The translations under genes and the position numbers were made by a program. The notes below the pieces were generated by a model, which was not told where the DNA came from, searched no databases, and saw only the letters and a program-made list of their open reading frames with translations. DNA of 64,000 nt, taken from contig OY764216.1 of the NCBI GenBank assembly GCA_963668315.1, positions 1 to 64,000 on the forward strand. The letters are read 5' to 3'. This document shows positions 62,522 to 64,000 of this stretch, one piece after another. This DNA comes from Spirochaetia bacterium. GTDB taxonomy: Bacteria; Spirochaetota; Spirochaetia; DSM-2461. Numbering within the stretch: the stretch's first letter is position 1; the number at the start of each line of letters is the position of its first letter.

Positions 62522-63283
62522 TCAACGAAAACCTGCTCTCTCCAGATAGGAGTCGATATGGCCTCTGTCGGGCTGACTTCCTTTTGTGCTCTTCCTGGGA
62601 TAGGAAAACCAAGCCCCGAACAGATAGTCCAGATAGTGCCTGAACCCTTTCTCCTTCCAGTTTCCGATCATGCCGTACCGGGGATCTTCCGTATCGTAAA
62701 GATCGATCATCCTGTCCAGCTCATCCTCGGATAGACTTCGGTATTTTCCCGGATGAACGACTCCTTTTCCATTCAGCCGCCCCCTCCGGTGATCCGGTTC
62801 CTTCAAGGGATACCCCAGAATAACAGCCATCACGGGAACGCAGAATTTTTCCGGGAGATCCAGCACATCATAGAAAAGGTCCGGATCTTTTCTGTGCGGA
62901 GCATTGGTTATGAGACTGTCTATTCCCAGGGATTTGGCGGCGATTACGGCGGTCTGGGCCGCCAGAACCGTATCGCTGTGGGCCGTCACGTAATCCTGTA
63001 ACGTCCGGGGATCAAAAACGTACCCCAATCTGTCCGCCAGGTCGACCATGCGGTTATGATCGGCGCAGAAGAGAAGTGCCACACTGCCCTGGTAGCCGAA
63101 GAGACGGTGCATGACAGGCCTGTCCCTTATCACGACAACCGAGTAACTCTGCCTTCCCGACGCGGTGGCGGCCCTTGTCATATGGCCCAGTATTTGGGAC
63201 AGGTCTCCCGCCGAGACAGCCTTTTCGGAAAAATCCCCGTGGATCGACCGCAGACTTTCAATGGTACGCAGAACTTCATTCAT
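62522..63283 (-). CDS. Nitroreductase (NfsA/FRP-like)
   Basis: 'RSIH.DF', 'RAATASGRQSYSVV', 'D..LAAQ...IAAKSLG', 'LGYP'. Confidence 0.88.
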   Translation of the reverse strand: MNEVLRTIESLRSIHGDFSEKAVSAGDLSQILGHMTRAATASGRQSYSVVVIRDRPVMHRLFGYQGSVALLFCADHNRMVDLADRLGYVFDPRTLQDYVTAHSDTVLAAQTAVIAAKSLGIDSLITNAPHRKDPDLFYDVLDLPEKFCVPVMAVILGYPLKEPDHRRGRLNGKGVVHPGKYRSLSEDELDRMIDLYDTEDPRYGMIGNWKEKGFRHYLDYLFGAWFSYPRKSTKGSQPDRGHIDSYLERAGFR

Positions 63284-63702
63284 ATTTTTTCCTCCAGATG
63301 TATCCTGATTTTTTCCAGAAGCTCATAAAGCAGCTGAACCTCCTCGGCGCTCAGTGATCCAACAGGATCGATATCAAGGGGATTCATTTTTCCGAGGGAA
63401 GATTCCAGGGCGGTCTTTCCTTCCTCGGTTAACCTGATGAGCCATTTTCTCCTGTCATGATCGTCCCTTTCCCGACTGATCCAGGATTTCTTTTCCATAT
63501 TGGAAATGATAACGGAAACCGTCGGCCTGTCGCAGAACAGCATCTCGGCTATTTCGGCAGGATAAAGCGCTCCTTTCGCCTTAAGCCTCTTTAAGAGGTA
63601 AAACTGCTTGATAGTGAGCCCCTCTCTGAGAAGGGGCGCCTCCAGATACCGTTTCCAGGCCAAATGCAGATGGCTTATCCGGGGCATGATTTTATCTTTC
63701 AT
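63280..63702 (-). CDS. MarR family regulator
   Basis: 'LTIKQF', 'DRPTVS.II.NMEKK.WI.R..D..DRR....LT..G'; ATGA overlap with the nitroreductase. Confidence 0.92.
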   Translation of the reverse strand: MKDKIMPRISHLHLAWKRYLEAPLLREGLTIKQFYLLKRLKAKGALYPAEIAEMLFCDRPTVSVIISNMEKKSWISRERDDHDRRKWLIRLTEEGKTALESSLGKMNPLDIDPVGSLSAEEVQLLYELLEKIRIHLEEKI

Positions 63703-63715
63703 GAAACCCTCTCTT

Positions 63716-63750
63716 GTTAGAATTCTAACTATTCTAATTAGAACTCTAAC
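63716..63750. promoter_or_regulatory. Tandem palindromic operators upstream of marR
   Basis: GTTAGAATTCTAAC (perfect, 63716-63729) and ATTAGAACTCTAAC (63737-63750), 21 bp apart. Confidence 0.72.
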
Positions 63751-63772
63751 TTATAAGACCCATTCTGTCAAC

Positions 63773-63801
63773 AAAAAAGGGACCGCCTTCCGGCGGTCCC
63801 T
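63773..63801 (-). terminator. Intrinsic terminator of the partial cstA-like gene
   Basis: AGGGACCGCC-ttcc-GGCGGTCCCT 10-bp stem with a T tract on the minus strand. Confidence 0.85.
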
Positions 63802-63823
63802 GCATTATCTCTGAATATTTACC

Positions 63824-64000
63824 TTATACGGCTTCGGTCAGCGATTCAGAATTCTGCTTGGTAAACAGAACCTTGTAAGACTCTTTGATAAGAATAAGAG
63901 AGAGGATGAAAAGTACCACCGCAAAGAATACCAGAATATAGTTACCCGATACGATATTTGCCTGTGCCACAAAAACCAGAGCTGTCAGAGTCACGAGAAA
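63824..64000 (-). CDS. C-terminus of a membrane protein, probably carbon starvation protein CstA family (5' end outside the window)
   Basis: Manual translation FLVTLTALVFVAQANIVSGNYILVFFAVVLFILSLILIKESYKVLF...EAV*; resembles the CstA C-terminal TM pair. Confidence 0.55.
   Translation of the reverse strand, partial: FLVTLTALVFVAQANIVSGNYILVFFAVVLFILSLILIKESYKVLFTKQNSESLTEAV

Overview
A 64-kb, gene-dense stretch of bacterial chromosome with about 59 CDS. I saw no rRNA, tRNA, CRISPR array, IS element or prophage. The 'LFANG' signal peptides of the sugar-binding proteins and the MCP type suggest a saccharolytic free-living spirochaete (inference). Content: two sugar ABC systems (one with a YesM/YesN-type two-component pair, one with a GH78 rhamnosidase), a FucI/AraA-like isomerase + cysteine desulfurase-like operon, a lipoprotein flavin reductase with two flavinylation motifs plus a LysR, purT, wrbA, MarR-MATE, beta-carbonic anhydrase, c-di-GMP enzymes, lrgAB, fsa, uxuA-GntR, an MCP, an RhlE-like helicase, a pectin-type esterase/GH43 operon and MarR-nitroreductase. 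The standout is an F1Fo ATP synthase operon (atpBEFHAGDC, minus strand, 32612-40156) with three unusual traits. The alpha subunit carries a ~215-aa C-terminal extension ending in a PTS EIIA (Fru/Ntr-type) domain with the phospho-His motif intact. Epsilon lacks its C-terminal inhibitory helices. The last gene is an excisionase-type HTH fused to a second EIIA. Together these suggest an ATP synthase regulated by PTS phosphorylation, which is a hypothesis. All calls come from reading motifs by eye; no database searches were run.
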